NCBI GenBank assembly: GCA_035270545.1
Contig: DATFIA010000304.1
Coordinates: forward strand, 1,945 to 65,944
Direction: 5' to 3'
Source: Treponemataceae bacterium
GTDB taxonomy: Bacteria; Spirochaetota; Spirochaetia; Treponematales; Treponemataceae
DNA length: 64,000 nucleotides
Position 1 is the stretch's first letter, and each line of letters starts with the position of its first letter. The notes under the pieces were generated by a model that saw only the letters and a list, made by a program, of their open reading frames with translations, made no database searches and was not told where the DNA came from. Positions 39,819 to 48,469 of the stretch are shown here, in pieces. The translations under genes were made by a program, and so were the position numbers.

Positions 39819-39845
39819 TTCAGTTTCTTTCTAGGAAACCGATAT
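39819..39845 (+). promoter_or_regulatory. Sigma28 (FliA/SigD)-type promoter TTCAGTTT - 11 nt - ACCGATAT
   Basis: 6/8 plus 6/8 matches to TAAAGTTT-N11-GCCGATAA. The -10 matches the Bacillus SigD GCCGATAT in 7/8 positions. Lies 22 nt upstream of the flgN-like ATG. Confidence 0.6.
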
Positions 39846-39867
39846 GTTAATGAAGGAGTAATTTTTT

Positions 39868-40353
39868 ATGAAAATTATGGAACATCTTGAAGAATTGCTT
39901 ATAAAAGAAATTACCGTTATTACCAATCTTATTTCTTGCCAAAAGCGCATGTATCAGGCTGTAGTGCAACGCGATTGGATCCTTTTTCAAAAAGAACTCA
40001 TGTTTTCAGGTAAAATGACAGAAACATTTACCGCTCTTGAACAATTACGTCTTTCATTATTAGCAGAAACAAAAATAGAGGCAGAACTTAGTACCGATTT
40101 TTATAGAAGCACCGCATGTCTTCCTGAAGAGCGAAGACTTCGTGCTAATGAATTGTACAGGGAGTTAAAAAAACTCTTACTATTATCGCAGTCAGAAAAT
40201 AGAGTTTTACAGGCCTATGTTTCAAATGCTCGCTCAGTTGTTTCGGGTATTGTAGATACCCTTGTTCCTGTGCGGAGAAATAAAATTTATAGTAAAAGAG
40301 GCTCTTTGGTTTCAACAAACATAGAAAGTCTCGTGTTAAATCGCTCGTTTTAG
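39868..40353 (+). CDS. flgN: FlgN-family flagellar export chaperone (probable)
   Basis: Helical 161-aa protein immediately upstream of flgK-flgL, in the same position as flgN/yvyG in Bacillus. Sequence resemblance is weak. Confidence 0.6.
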   Translation: MKIMEHLEELLIKEITVITNLISCQKRMYQAVVQRDWILFQKELMFSGKMTETFTALEQLRLSLLAETKIEAELSTDFYRSTACLPEERRLRANELYRELKKLLLLSQSENRVLQAYVSNARSVVSGIVDTLVPVRRNKIYSKRGSLVSTNIESLVLNRSF

Positions 40354-40369
40354 AGTTAAGGAGATATTA

Positions 40370-42244
40370 ATGTCTACTTTTTCAGGTATAGAGATGGGTA
40401 AGCGCAGTCTCTTTGCCCATAGCCAATCAATACAGACCGCCGGCCATAACTTATCTAATTCCTCTACAGAAGGCTATTCTCGTCAGCGAGTTCAATTAAA
40501 AGCTACAGACCCCCTGTATCGTCCAGATCTTTCTCGCGCAGAAACTCCTGGTCAGATTGGACAAGGTGTTTCTGTTGAATCAATTTCACGTATACGAGAT
40601 GAACTTCTGGATAAACGTATTGTTGCTCAGACGAATGAAGAAGGTTATTGGAAGAGTAGGGACAACTATATTTTAATGATGGAGCAAATCTATAATGAGC
40701 CAGCCGATAGTTCTGTGAGAACTCGTATGGATCAATTTTGGGATTCTTGGCAGGAATTATCTGTTTATCCTGAGTCCAGAAGTGCTCGTCAAGCTGTCCT
40801 CTCTCGTGGAGAAACACTTGTAGATTCTATTCATCAGCAGTATCGATCCTTGCAGGGCATTCGAGATATTGTAAATGGTGATATTGAAGCAGTAACGTCA
40901 CAGGTTAATAATATAACAAAAGAAATAGCTGCCCTAAATGAAGAAATTGTTAAAATTAAGGCAATGGGTGATAATCCCAATGATTTAATGGATCAACGCG
41001 ATTTATATACAGAAAAACTATCAAATTTAATAAATATAACTGTTGATCAGCGCGATCCTGATGAATTTGTAATTCATACCGATGGGTTAGAGCTTGTTCA
41101 GGGTAAGAGCCGAAGGACTTTTAGCCTTAAAACAGGTATGGAAAATGATGGATATGCCCAGGTTGTTTGGTCAGATTCAGGCAAGGATGCACATTTTACT
41201 CGTGGTAAACTTGGAGCCCTACTCGAACTTCGCGATGTAGACCTTCGTAAAGAAATTCAGAGCCTCGATAATATGACCATGAATTTTGTAGATTTAGTAA
41301 ATGATATTCACCGAGACGGTACTGGTTTGAATGGAAGAACAGGTCTCGATTTTTTTACAGAACAAAATTTTATTAATAATGTTGCTGGAAATTATGATCG
41401 AAATGGTGATGGTGAGTTTGATTCTACCTATATTTTCCGTATAACTGGTGGAAATACATTAAGTGCACGAGAACAAATTGGACTAGAAGGTTCAATGACT
41501 CTTTCTGCAGCTTCAGGTACCGTTGCTGTTCCCTATTTTTCTACAGATATGGTTGCAGATGTCGTTCAGCGAATTAATAATTCTGGCTCAGAAGTAGTTG
41601 CCAGCCTCGATCGTTCTGGTCATCTTGTATTAAAAGGTACAGTCTCTGAAGATCAAAAAAATCCTGATTTTGTCATTAGGCATATTGAAGACTCAGGCCG
41701 TTTTTTAGCAGGTTATGCAGGCGTGCTTGCCGCCCCAGGTGAAAATAATGCCTATTCATGGGATCGATCAGATGCAGCTAATTCTTTGGCAGGAGGGCAA
41801 CTTCAGTTTGCAGTTGCACCCATAGCTCATCCTTCTGGGTGGATGGAAATTAATCCTCTCATACCAGGTGATGTTCAAACAATTGCAGCAGGTTTTGCAG
41901 ATAGTACTGGCACTGTCAATCCTGGAGACAATAGGGCAGCCCTTGCAATAGCTGCAATACGAAACACCTCTGTTATGGTCGGTGATATGAGGACCTTTGA
42001 TGACTATTTTGCAGATGCAGTCACAAATATAGGATTAAAGGGCGAACAAGCTCAACGGTCCTTAGAAACTCATGTAGCAATTATGGAAGAACTTAAAGGA
42101 CTTAGAGATTCTATTTCTGGAGTAAATATAGACGAAGAATTATCTGATATTATAAAATTTCAACATGGCTATAATGCTGCAGCAAAATTTATTAGTACAA
42201 TTGATCAGATGCTTGATACTGTTATTAATAGATTGAAAGTCTAG
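40370..42244 (+). CDS. flgK: Flagellar hook-associated protein 1
   Basis: MSTFSGIEMGKRSLFAHSQSIQTAGHNLSN N-terminus and C-terminal KFQHGYNAAAKFISTIDQMLDTVINRL. Confidence 0.93.
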   Translation: MSTFSGIEMGKRSLFAHSQSIQTAGHNLSNSSTEGYSRQRVQLKATDPLYRPDLSRAETPGQIGQGVSVESISRIRDELLDKRIVAQTNEEGYWKSRDNYILMMEQIYNEPADSSVRTRMDQFWDSWQELSVYPESRSARQAVLSRGETLVDSIHQQYRSLQGIRDIVNGDIEAVTSQVNNITKEIAALNEEIVKIKAMGDNPNDLMDQRDLYTEKLSNLINITVDQRDPDEFVIHTDGLELVQGKSRRTFSLKTGMENDGYAQVVWSDSGKDAHFTRGKLGALLELRDVDLRKEIQSLDNMTMNFVDLVNDIHRDGTGLNGRTGLDFFTEQNFINNVAGNYDRNGDGEFDSTYIFRITGGNTLSAREQIGLEGSMTLSAASGTVAVPYFSTDMVADVVQRINNSGSEVVASLDRSGHLVLKGTVSEDQKNPDFVIRHIEDSGRFLAGYAGVLAAPGENNAYSWDRSDAANSLAGGQLQFAVAPIAHPSGWMEINPLIPGDVQTIAAGFADSTGTVNPGDNRAALAIAAIRNTSVMVGDMRTFDDYFADAVTNIGLKGEQAQRSLETHVAIMEELKGLRDSISGVNIDEELSDIIKFQHGYNAAAKFISTIDQMLDTVINRLKV

Positions 42245-42257
42245 GAGGAGAAGATAA

Positions 42258-43502
42258 ATGAGACGAATAAGTTCTAATATACAACATAATGATACTCAAT
42301 CATCTTTGAGACTTCAAGAATCGAAGGTGAATAATTTAAATAATAAGATTGGTACGCAGAAAAATATACAAAATTTGAGAGATGATCCTCTTGCTGCGGG
42401 GCATAGTGTACGATACAAATCATACCTTGGTCGCCTTGAACGTTTTGAGAAAAATGGAAAGACAGTCAATGATCGCTTTACCATAACAGAAGGTTTTGTT
42501 AATCATTCTCTACAAGTAATGCAGCGTATTAGGGAGTTAGCCATAACCGGTGCTAATGGAACTTTTTCTCAAGCAGACCTTAAAAATATAGCAGTTGAAG
42601 TAGATGAATTATTAAAAGACCTTGTGCAAAATGGAAATGCTACTGGCCCTGACGGTGTTCGTTTATTTTCAGGTACAAAGAGTTTTACCGAACCATTTGA
42701 GACAGTTCTCGGCGATGTCTCTGGTGCAGGAAATCCTCTTATTATGCAGGTTCGATATAATGGCTCAGTTGATTCAATGAACGTTGAAATTGATGAACAA
42801 TCAACAATTTCGACTGGGCAGTCTGGGAATAGAACTTTTTGGGCTGAACGTCAAAGTTTATTTTCTGAAGTTGATTCAACAAATTTTGTAGTTAAAAATG
42901 ATACCTCAATTAATGTAGATGGAATTGACATTTCTCTTGTTGCAGGAGATAACGTTCATTCTGTGATTTCTAAAATAAATGATTCGGGTGCGGCTGTTAA
43001 AGCGTATCTAGATCCTGTTACTAATGGCTTAAACCTAGAAACAACAGATTCCCGCCAATTATGGCTTAATGACGCACCTGAGGGAGATGTTTTGGCATCT
43101 TTAGGAATGATAAAATCTGGACAACGCCCCCCCTACAATATTGCATCGTCGGTGAAGGTCTCTGGTGGTTCTTTGTTTGATGCAGTTATATCTTTGCGAG
43201 ATTCTCTTTTTAATGGAGATCAAGAAGCTATAGGTAGTAGTGTGCTTGGTGCAATAGATGGTGCTGTTGATAACCTTGCCACACGCCTTGCAGATATAGG
43301 CTCACGGTACGAGAGAACCCAAGCAACCCTTGCTCGCCTTGATACAGAAATTCTAAATGTAGCAGCAGCTGAGTCTCGAGAGGGAGATATAGACTTTACA
43401 AAGGCAGTTACTGACCTTAAAATGTACGAAATTGCACAACAGGCGACCTTGAGTACTGCAGGCAAATTATACTCAAATACGCTCTTAAATTATATTAAAT
43501 AA
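42258..43502 (+). CDS. flgL: Flagellar hook-associated protein 3
   Basis: Flagellin-like N- and C-terminal helices (RISSN..., ...YEIAQQATLSTAGKLYSNTLLNYI). Confidence 0.9.
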   Translation: MRRISSNIQHNDTQSSLRLQESKVNNLNNKIGTQKNIQNLRDDPLAAGHSVRYKSYLGRLERFEKNGKTVNDRFTITEGFVNHSLQVMQRIRELAITGANGTFSQADLKNIAVEVDELLKDLVQNGNATGPDGVRLFSGTKSFTEPFETVLGDVSGAGNPLIMQVRYNGSVDSMNVEIDEQSTISTGQSGNRTFWAERQSLFSEVDSTNFVVKNDTSINVDGIDISLVAGDNVHSVISKINDSGAAVKAYLDPVTNGLNLETTDSRQLWLNDAPEGDVLASLGMIKSGQRPPYNIASSVKVSGGSLFDAVISLRDSLFNGDQEAIGSSVLGAIDGAVDNLATRLADIGSRYERTQATLARLDTEILNVAAAESREGDIDFTKAVTDLKMYEIAQQATLSTAGKLYSNTLLNYIK

Positions 43503-43512
43503 GGTGAGATAA

Positions 43513-43956
43513 ATGGAAATTCAGACAAAGGCAATGGGTACTATATCTATTGTACAAAAACAAATTATTGAACTTGAGCAGGGCTTTTATGGTTTTGGCC
43601 AGTATCGCTCTTATGCTCTTATTGATGCAGAACAAAAACCATTTATTTGGATACAATCCCTTGAAAAAAAAGATTTGGCTTTTTTAGCCCTTGATCCTTT
43701 TTTGTTTAGACAAGATTATGAAATCGATATTGACGATTCTCTTTTGGAGCCTTTGCAAATAGACTCTCCCTCAGATGTTCTTGTTTTTGTTTTAATTACT
43801 ATTCCAATAGACGGCTCCGCAATTACTGCTAACTTACAAGGGCCGTTAATAATTAATCGAAATAATAATAAGGGTTTACAAGCCATTTTGACTGATCCTC
43901 GTTGGCAAACAAAACATGACTTAATAGCAGAAACGAAAACAAAGAGAGGTCTCTAA
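43513..43956 (+). CDS. fliW: Flagellar assembly factor FliW
   Basis: [19 protein letters not shown] pattern, 147 aa, directly upstream of csrA. Confidence 0.9.
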   Translation: MEIQTKAMGTISIVQKQIIELEQGFYGFGQYRSYALIDAEQKPFIWIQSLEKKDLAFLALDPFLFRQDYEIDIDDSLLEPLQIDSPSDVLVFVLITIPIDGSAITANLQGPLIINRNNNKGLQAILTDPRWQTKHDLIAETKTKRGL

Positions 43957-44180
43957 TGTTAATCCTTTCACGTAAAACTAACGAAAGAATTATGATTGGA
44001 GACGATGTTTCTGTAACGATTATTGAAATTCGTGGAGACCAAGTAAAAATCGGAATTGAAGCACCGAAATCTGTTAAAGTTTTTCGTCAAGAAGTATTTG
44101 AAGCAATACAAAACGAAAACCGAGCTGCAGCCAGCTCTCTTGCAAATTTGGATGGCCTTTCTGGTATTTTGCTCGATTAA
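43956..44180 (+). CDS. csrA: Carbon storage regulator (translational repressor) CsrA
   Basis: [47 protein letters not shown]. Start overlaps the fliW stop (TAATG). Confidence 0.95.
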   Translation: MLILSRKTNERIMIGDDVSVTIIEIRGDQVKIGIEAPKSVKVFRQEVFEAIQNENRAAASSLANLDGLSGILLD

Positions 44181-44181
44181 A

Positions 44182-45339
44182 TTACTTTAAAGTATTTCCA
44201 AATTCTTTTGATCTATCCCGTGGTACAGGGCTTGTAGACCCTGTATCACGCAATAAAATCCATATATCATCAAAGTCATTTTGGATTCGTATAAAAATAT
44301 CAATTAATTCTGGATCGAACTGAGTTCCTTTTCCTTCAACAATGCGTTTAACTGCTTCATCATGACTAAACTCAAGTTTATATGTTCGTTTCATACGTAA
44401 TGCATCGTATACATCTGCTATTGTAACAATCCTTGCAGAAAGAGGAATCATTTTAGCTTCAAGTTTAAACGGATATCCTAAACCATTCCACCATTCATGG
44501 TGACTTAATGCAATTTCTTTAGCCATAGGAATAGGATACGAAGATAATATGAAGGTACCATTAATTGTATGTTCCCTCATTATTTCCCATTCATTTTCGT
44601 TTAATTTACCGGGTTTTTGTAAAATGTAATCTGGTGTTCCAATCTTTCCTACGTCATGCATACAGGCAAGAAATCTAATGTTTTCTATAAAATCGGGATC
44701 AATTTGTGGGTATTTTTTTATAGTATACAAATATTCTGCCATTTTTTTACTGTAATATCCAACTCTTTCGTCATGCATACCTGTATCGTTATCTTTTAGT
44801 TTAGCAGCCTCAAGAATACTTTGAAATGTTGAGTGCAGTTGCTTAAAATGACTTGAACTAATATCTTCAAAATAAATCTGATATCCAGAAACGACGGAAT
44901 TCGAAGAGAAAAGTGGAGACATTATTATATGTGTGTAAAGTGTTTTTGTTGTTGGTGTTTTATGACGTAGGTTCCCAGACCATGAAAAGCCACGATCAAA
45001 AGATTTTATAGCCACAAGAAAATCTTGCATTTCATGGGAGTCTAGAGTATGTAAGAAGATATTGAAAAAGGGTCTTTCTGTTATGACATAATAATCTAAA
45101 AAAAGTTGATGAACACAGGGTGTCGTATGCAAAATATTGAGATTCTTATCTAGAATCATAATAGGAAGATTAGGATTATTGAGAAGTTGTATTATATTTA
45201 CTGTCTCTTTTGTTTTAATCTGTTTAGTTTTAGCTGGTTTTTTGTCTAATTTGTCATGTTCTTCAAATTCATCAACCTCATCTAGTTCTTCGAGGAGTTC
45301 ATATTCTGATTCATTACTTCGTTGAACTAGACTCTGCAT
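44182..45339 (-). CDS. HD-GYP domain c-di-GMP phosphodiesterase with N-terminal sensor-like domain
   Basis: HDVGKIGTPDYIL and HHEWWNGLGYP motifs. Confidence 0.88.
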   Translation of the reverse strand: MQSLVQRSNESEYELLEELDEVDEFEEHDKLDKKPAKTKQIKTKETVNIIQLLNNPNLPIMILDKNLNILHTTPCVHQLFLDYYVITERPFFNIFLHTLDSHEMQDFLVAIKSFDRGFSWSGNLRHKTPTTKTLYTHIIMSPLFSSNSVVSGYQIYFEDISSSHFKQLHSTFQSILEAAKLKDNDTGMHDERVGYYSKKMAEYLYTIKKYPQIDPDFIENIRFLACMHDVGKIGTPDYILQKPGKLNENEWEIMREHTINGTFILSSYPIPMAKEIALSHHEWWNGLGYPFKLEAKMIPLSARIVTIADVYDALRMKRTYKLEFSHDEAVKRIVEGKGTQFDPELIDIFIRIQNDFDDIWILLRDTGSTSPVPRDRSKEFGNTLK

Positions 45340-45991
45340 CGCTCTTCCTCACATATAAAGGGCCATCGCTATCATTCACTTGCTTAGTATTATAATCTTG
45401 TTTATTTTTTTCTGCAAATAAAAGCATGTTATACGATATACCATTTAATCCTGTTTTATTCACAGTAATATCAAGGTTAGGAATTTGTTGTGATACGAGA
45501 CTATCAAATAGTTCAGCATCCGGTCCCGTTATTAATATACGTTCTTCTTTATCAATATAAAGAGAAATTTCAATGGGAGAAATATCGAGAGGTTCTGTTG
45601 CTTTTGCACCACACCGAAAAAACTGCACATAAAATCGATTTTTCTTTGCATCTAGGACTGCTATAATAACACCTGGCCAGTTTAATAATTCTAAAGTATA
45701 GCATTCAAGCGGTGGTATGGGTTGCAAAATACAATTAGAGGCGAGTTGTATTGCCCTCGCTGTTGACCATGCGAGCCGTAGTCCGGTAAATGATCCTGGA
45801 CCTTCTGGACACAACACCCTTGTTGTTTCTATTGCAGAAAATCCGGCTATATTAAGAACAGAATCTAAAAGTGTAATAATATGTTGTGCATGCTGTCCTG
45901 TATTACAGATGGAAAGAGTTGCAGTACCAGAGGGGCCTTGTGCTGAGATAGAAAGGGTTGGTGTTATTGTGTCTATTGCAATAATATTCAT
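45314..45991 (-). CDS. tsaB: tRNA t6A37 biosynthesis protein TsaB
   Basis: MNIIAIDT start and GPGSFTGLRL motif. Start overlaps the tsaE stop. Confidence 0.88.
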   Translation of the reverse strand: MNIIAIDTITPTLSISAQGPSGTATLSICNTGQHAQHIITLLDSVLNIAGFSAIETTRVLCPEGPGSFTGLRLAWSTARAIQLASNCILQPIPPLECYTLELLNWPGVIIAVLDAKKNRFYVQFFRCGAKATEPLDISPIEISLYIDKEERILITGPDAELFDSLVSQQIPNLDITVNKTGLNGISYNMLLFAEKNKQDYNTKQVNDSDGPLYVRKSDAESSSTK

Positions 45992-46422
45992 TATGCAAGT
46001 TCTCCATAGGGCCATTTTTTAAAAGCTATCGTATGTATGCCGTTATTATGAGCTTCTAGTGTAATAATTATTGTAGTTTCGGGCAGTATTTCCATTACTT
46101 TTTCACTCCACTCAATAACACAAACACCATCTCCATAAAGAAGTTCTTCTACACCCAGGTCTAAAAAAGATTCAGCGTCATCAAGTCGGTACGCATCCAT
46201 ATGAAATAATGGTAACCTACCAAAGTACTCAGAAATCAGTGTAAAAGTTGGACTTGTTACATCCTCTGTAATGTCTAAACCTTTTGCAATACCTTTTGTT
46301 AATGTTGTTTTACCTGCTGCGAGAGTTCCTTGGAGGGCAATAATATCTCCCTTTTTAAGCATTGATCCAATTTTTTCTCCAATTTTTAATGTTTCTTCAC
46401 GAGAGTGGGAGTCTAATATCAT
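45991..46422 (-). CDS. tsaE: tRNA t6A37 biosynthesis ATPase TsaE
   Basis: P-loop GTLAAGKTTLTKG and SPTFTL motif. Confidence 0.9.
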   Translation of the reverse strand: MILDSHSREETLKIGEKIGSMLKKGDIIALQGTLAAGKTTLTKGIAKGLDITEDVTSPTFTLISEYFGRLPLFHMDAYRLDDAESFLDLGVEELLYGDGVCVIEWSEKVMEILPETTIIITLEAHNNGIHTIAFKKWPYGELA

Positions 46423-46468
46423 GATTTCTTAGGTTACAGTATAGGGTCATAAGGGTCAATAAGTTTTT

Positions 46469-46729
46469 TTAAGGGAGCTTTTGTTCATTATCCAAATCAA
46501 TCAATTGAATTTTTAGGGCTTGGACTAGAGGTATTAGTGGGTAATCTACAGTTTCAATAAACTTTATTTGAACGTTTTTTTTCCCTGTTGGAGCTGTTTC
46601 AATAACAAATTCAATGTTAGCTGGAGTATTTCTTCCTAGAAGATCAAAAAGGACCGTAGCCGTAAATTCTCTACGATAATAAATAAAATTCTCCTTCCGG
46701 TTTATATCTGAAATATCTAAAATTATCAT
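46469..46729 (-). CDS. Hypothetical small protein (86 aa), translationally coupled to the PilZ gene
   Basis: ATGA overlap with the upstream gene. No recognised domain. Confidence 0.55.
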   Translation of the reverse strand: MIILDISDINRKENFIYYRREFTATVLFDLLGRNTPANIEFVIETAPTGKKNVQIKFIETVDYPLIPLVQALKIQLIDLDNEQKLP

Positions 46730-47850
46730 GTATTATTTTCTCCATTGATGTAGATTATTGCAAAAATTCTATTCATGCTTGCTCGAGGCATTTTGGCGAA
46801 TTTTACATGCATTGTAGAAATTTGTCCCGTTTCTTCTTCATTAATCTTTACTACCTTTCCTATAATAACATCGTTTATTCCAGAAACTAGCATACACTTT
46901 ATTTCTAAGTATTCATCTAGCGGAAGAGGTGTTTCTGTTAAAATACTACAGCCACCAGCAGAAACATCTTCAATAATACCGGAAAAATCTTTTGCCTGCG
47001 GATAAAATTTATGTTCGGTATGTTTTCCATTAACAATATTGGCCACAATTACATGTGAAAAGGTACAAGGAATTTTAATTATTTTACGATTATGTTTTCT
47101 GTTAGGAAGAGCATCTATTGAGTCTGTATGTTTTAGTAGTAAATATGTTTTGCTCCGAGAAGACACATATTTTAATATTTTTGTTTTTATTCGATAAGAT
47201 TGGCCTGTAATTCCAATGAAAAATACTTCTATATTCATTCTAATTGGGAGTCTAAGTTCATTTCCAAAAAGATCTCTGGGTATTAAGCACAGGACACCTT
47301 CTGTTTCGTTTTCAATAATAGCAGATTGGTATTGTTCCCCTGATTGCACACTCATAGTAAAACCTAGACCAGGTTTTAAGGCTCTGGTAGAAGTAATTAA
47401 TTCGCCTATTTTTTTTCTAGTATCTATTGCTTCTTTAATTGTAAAAAGAATTGTTTTTTGTCGTTCAACACTTCTTGTAGTAGGTTCTATTGATTCAAGA
47501 TGAGCAAAAGTTTTGTCGAAAAGATTTTGCACTGCCTCGCTGTCTTGTATAAATTGTTCCGGATGTATAATTTTATTTGAAATAAACAGATTTCTTAAAA
47601 AATCTGTTTGTTCGTCTGAAAATTTAAACATCGAAGCTATAGTTTTCATTTCTTTAGTAGAGGTTGTCGTTGTTGTATAATGTACAGAGTTTAATTTCTT
47701 TTTTTTGCGTGTAGTTGTTTGAGAGTCTTTCCATGTAGTTACTACTTTTAAGAGAATAAAAAAAAGAATTATTACAATTATAGCTACGATATATCCAGTA
47801 TTTGTGCTTGTTTTATACGCAAAAACTTGCAAAGTTATGTTTTGTATCAT
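46726..47850 (-). CDS. Membrane-anchored PilZ-domain (YcgR-like) c-di-GMP receptor
   Basis: N-terminal TM (YIVAIIVIILFFILLKVV). RxxxR motif RKHNRK and DxSxxG motif DVSAGG in the C-terminal domain, preceded by a beta-rich YcgR-N-like domain. Confidence 0.8.
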   Translation of the reverse strand: MIQNITLQVFAYKTSTNTGYIVAIIVIILFFILLKVVTTWKDSQTTTRKKKKLNSVHYTTTTTSTKEMKTIASMFKFSDEQTDFLRNLFISNKIIHPEQFIQDSEAVQNLFDKTFAHLESIEPTTRSVERQKTILFTIKEAIDTRKKIGELITSTRALKPGLGFTMSVQSGEQYQSAIIENETEGVLCLIPRDLFGNELRLPIRMNIEVFFIGITGQSYRIKTKILKYVSSRSKTYLLLKHTDSIDALPNRKHNRKIIKIPCTFSHVIVANIVNGKHTEHKFYPQAKDFSGIIEDVSAGGCSILTETPLPLDEYLEIKCMLVSGINDVIIGKVVKINEEETGQISTMHVKFAKMPRASMNRIFAIIYINGENNT

Positions 47851-47867
47851 CTATATAGCCCCTCAAA

Positions 47868-48458
47868 TTAGATTGCTAAAAGAATTTCTCCAAGTAGTTT
47901 TATACGTGGAGCTAGTTCATATTCAGAAATATCTCCTACTTGCACGGTATCATTAGCTTTCATTGCATCCAGTAGCGAATGTAAAAGAGGCGCAAGTTTT
48001 TCAGGACAATGTATGATATTTTCGCCTTCAAAATCAGTTTTTTCTATATTAATTCCTGTAAGAGGGAGAAGGGGAAGCATTCTATATATTTCTTGAAGTT
48101 CGGTAGAAAAAGTATTAATAGTTTCCATAACTTCAAGATTTTTTCCTGTTTGTAATTCAACTGGAATTTGTTCTAATTGTGATACATAAGAAAGCATCTT
48201 ATCTCCACTTTGCTTTATTAGAAACAGAATTTCTTTACCAGAAATTGTATAAAGTTCAATGATTTTTATATCACTTGGCGATTTTTCAAATATGAAATCG
48301 AGTTCACTTGCTGGAATTTCTTCTCCATCAATTCTTATTTTTGTAATAGTCATAGCAGATTTTTCACAAGTAGATTCTATTTCTCCAAGGATTTCACCAA
48401 CTGTTTTTTCATTTTCTAAGATAAAATCGATTTTTTCATTATTAATTCGAATTTCCAC
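47868..48458 (-). CDS. Hypothetical acidic protein (196 aa) with ThiS/beta-grasp-like N-terminus
   Basis: GTG start with AGAGG 6 nt upstream, overlapping the fliD stop. MEIRINNEKIDFILENEKTVGEILGEI resembles ThiS/MoaD starts. Not FliS-like. Confidence 0.6.
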   Translation of the reverse strand: MEIRINNEKIDFILENEKTVGEILGEIESTCEKSAMTITKIRIDGEEIPASELDFIFEKSPSDIKIIELYTISGKEILFLIKQSGDKMLSYVSQLEQIPVELQTGKNLEVMETINTFSTELQEIYRMLPLLPLTGINIEKTDFEGENIIHCPEKLAPLLHSLLDAMKANDTVQVGDISEYELAPRIKLLGEILLAI

Positions 48459-48469
48459 AATGCACCTCT

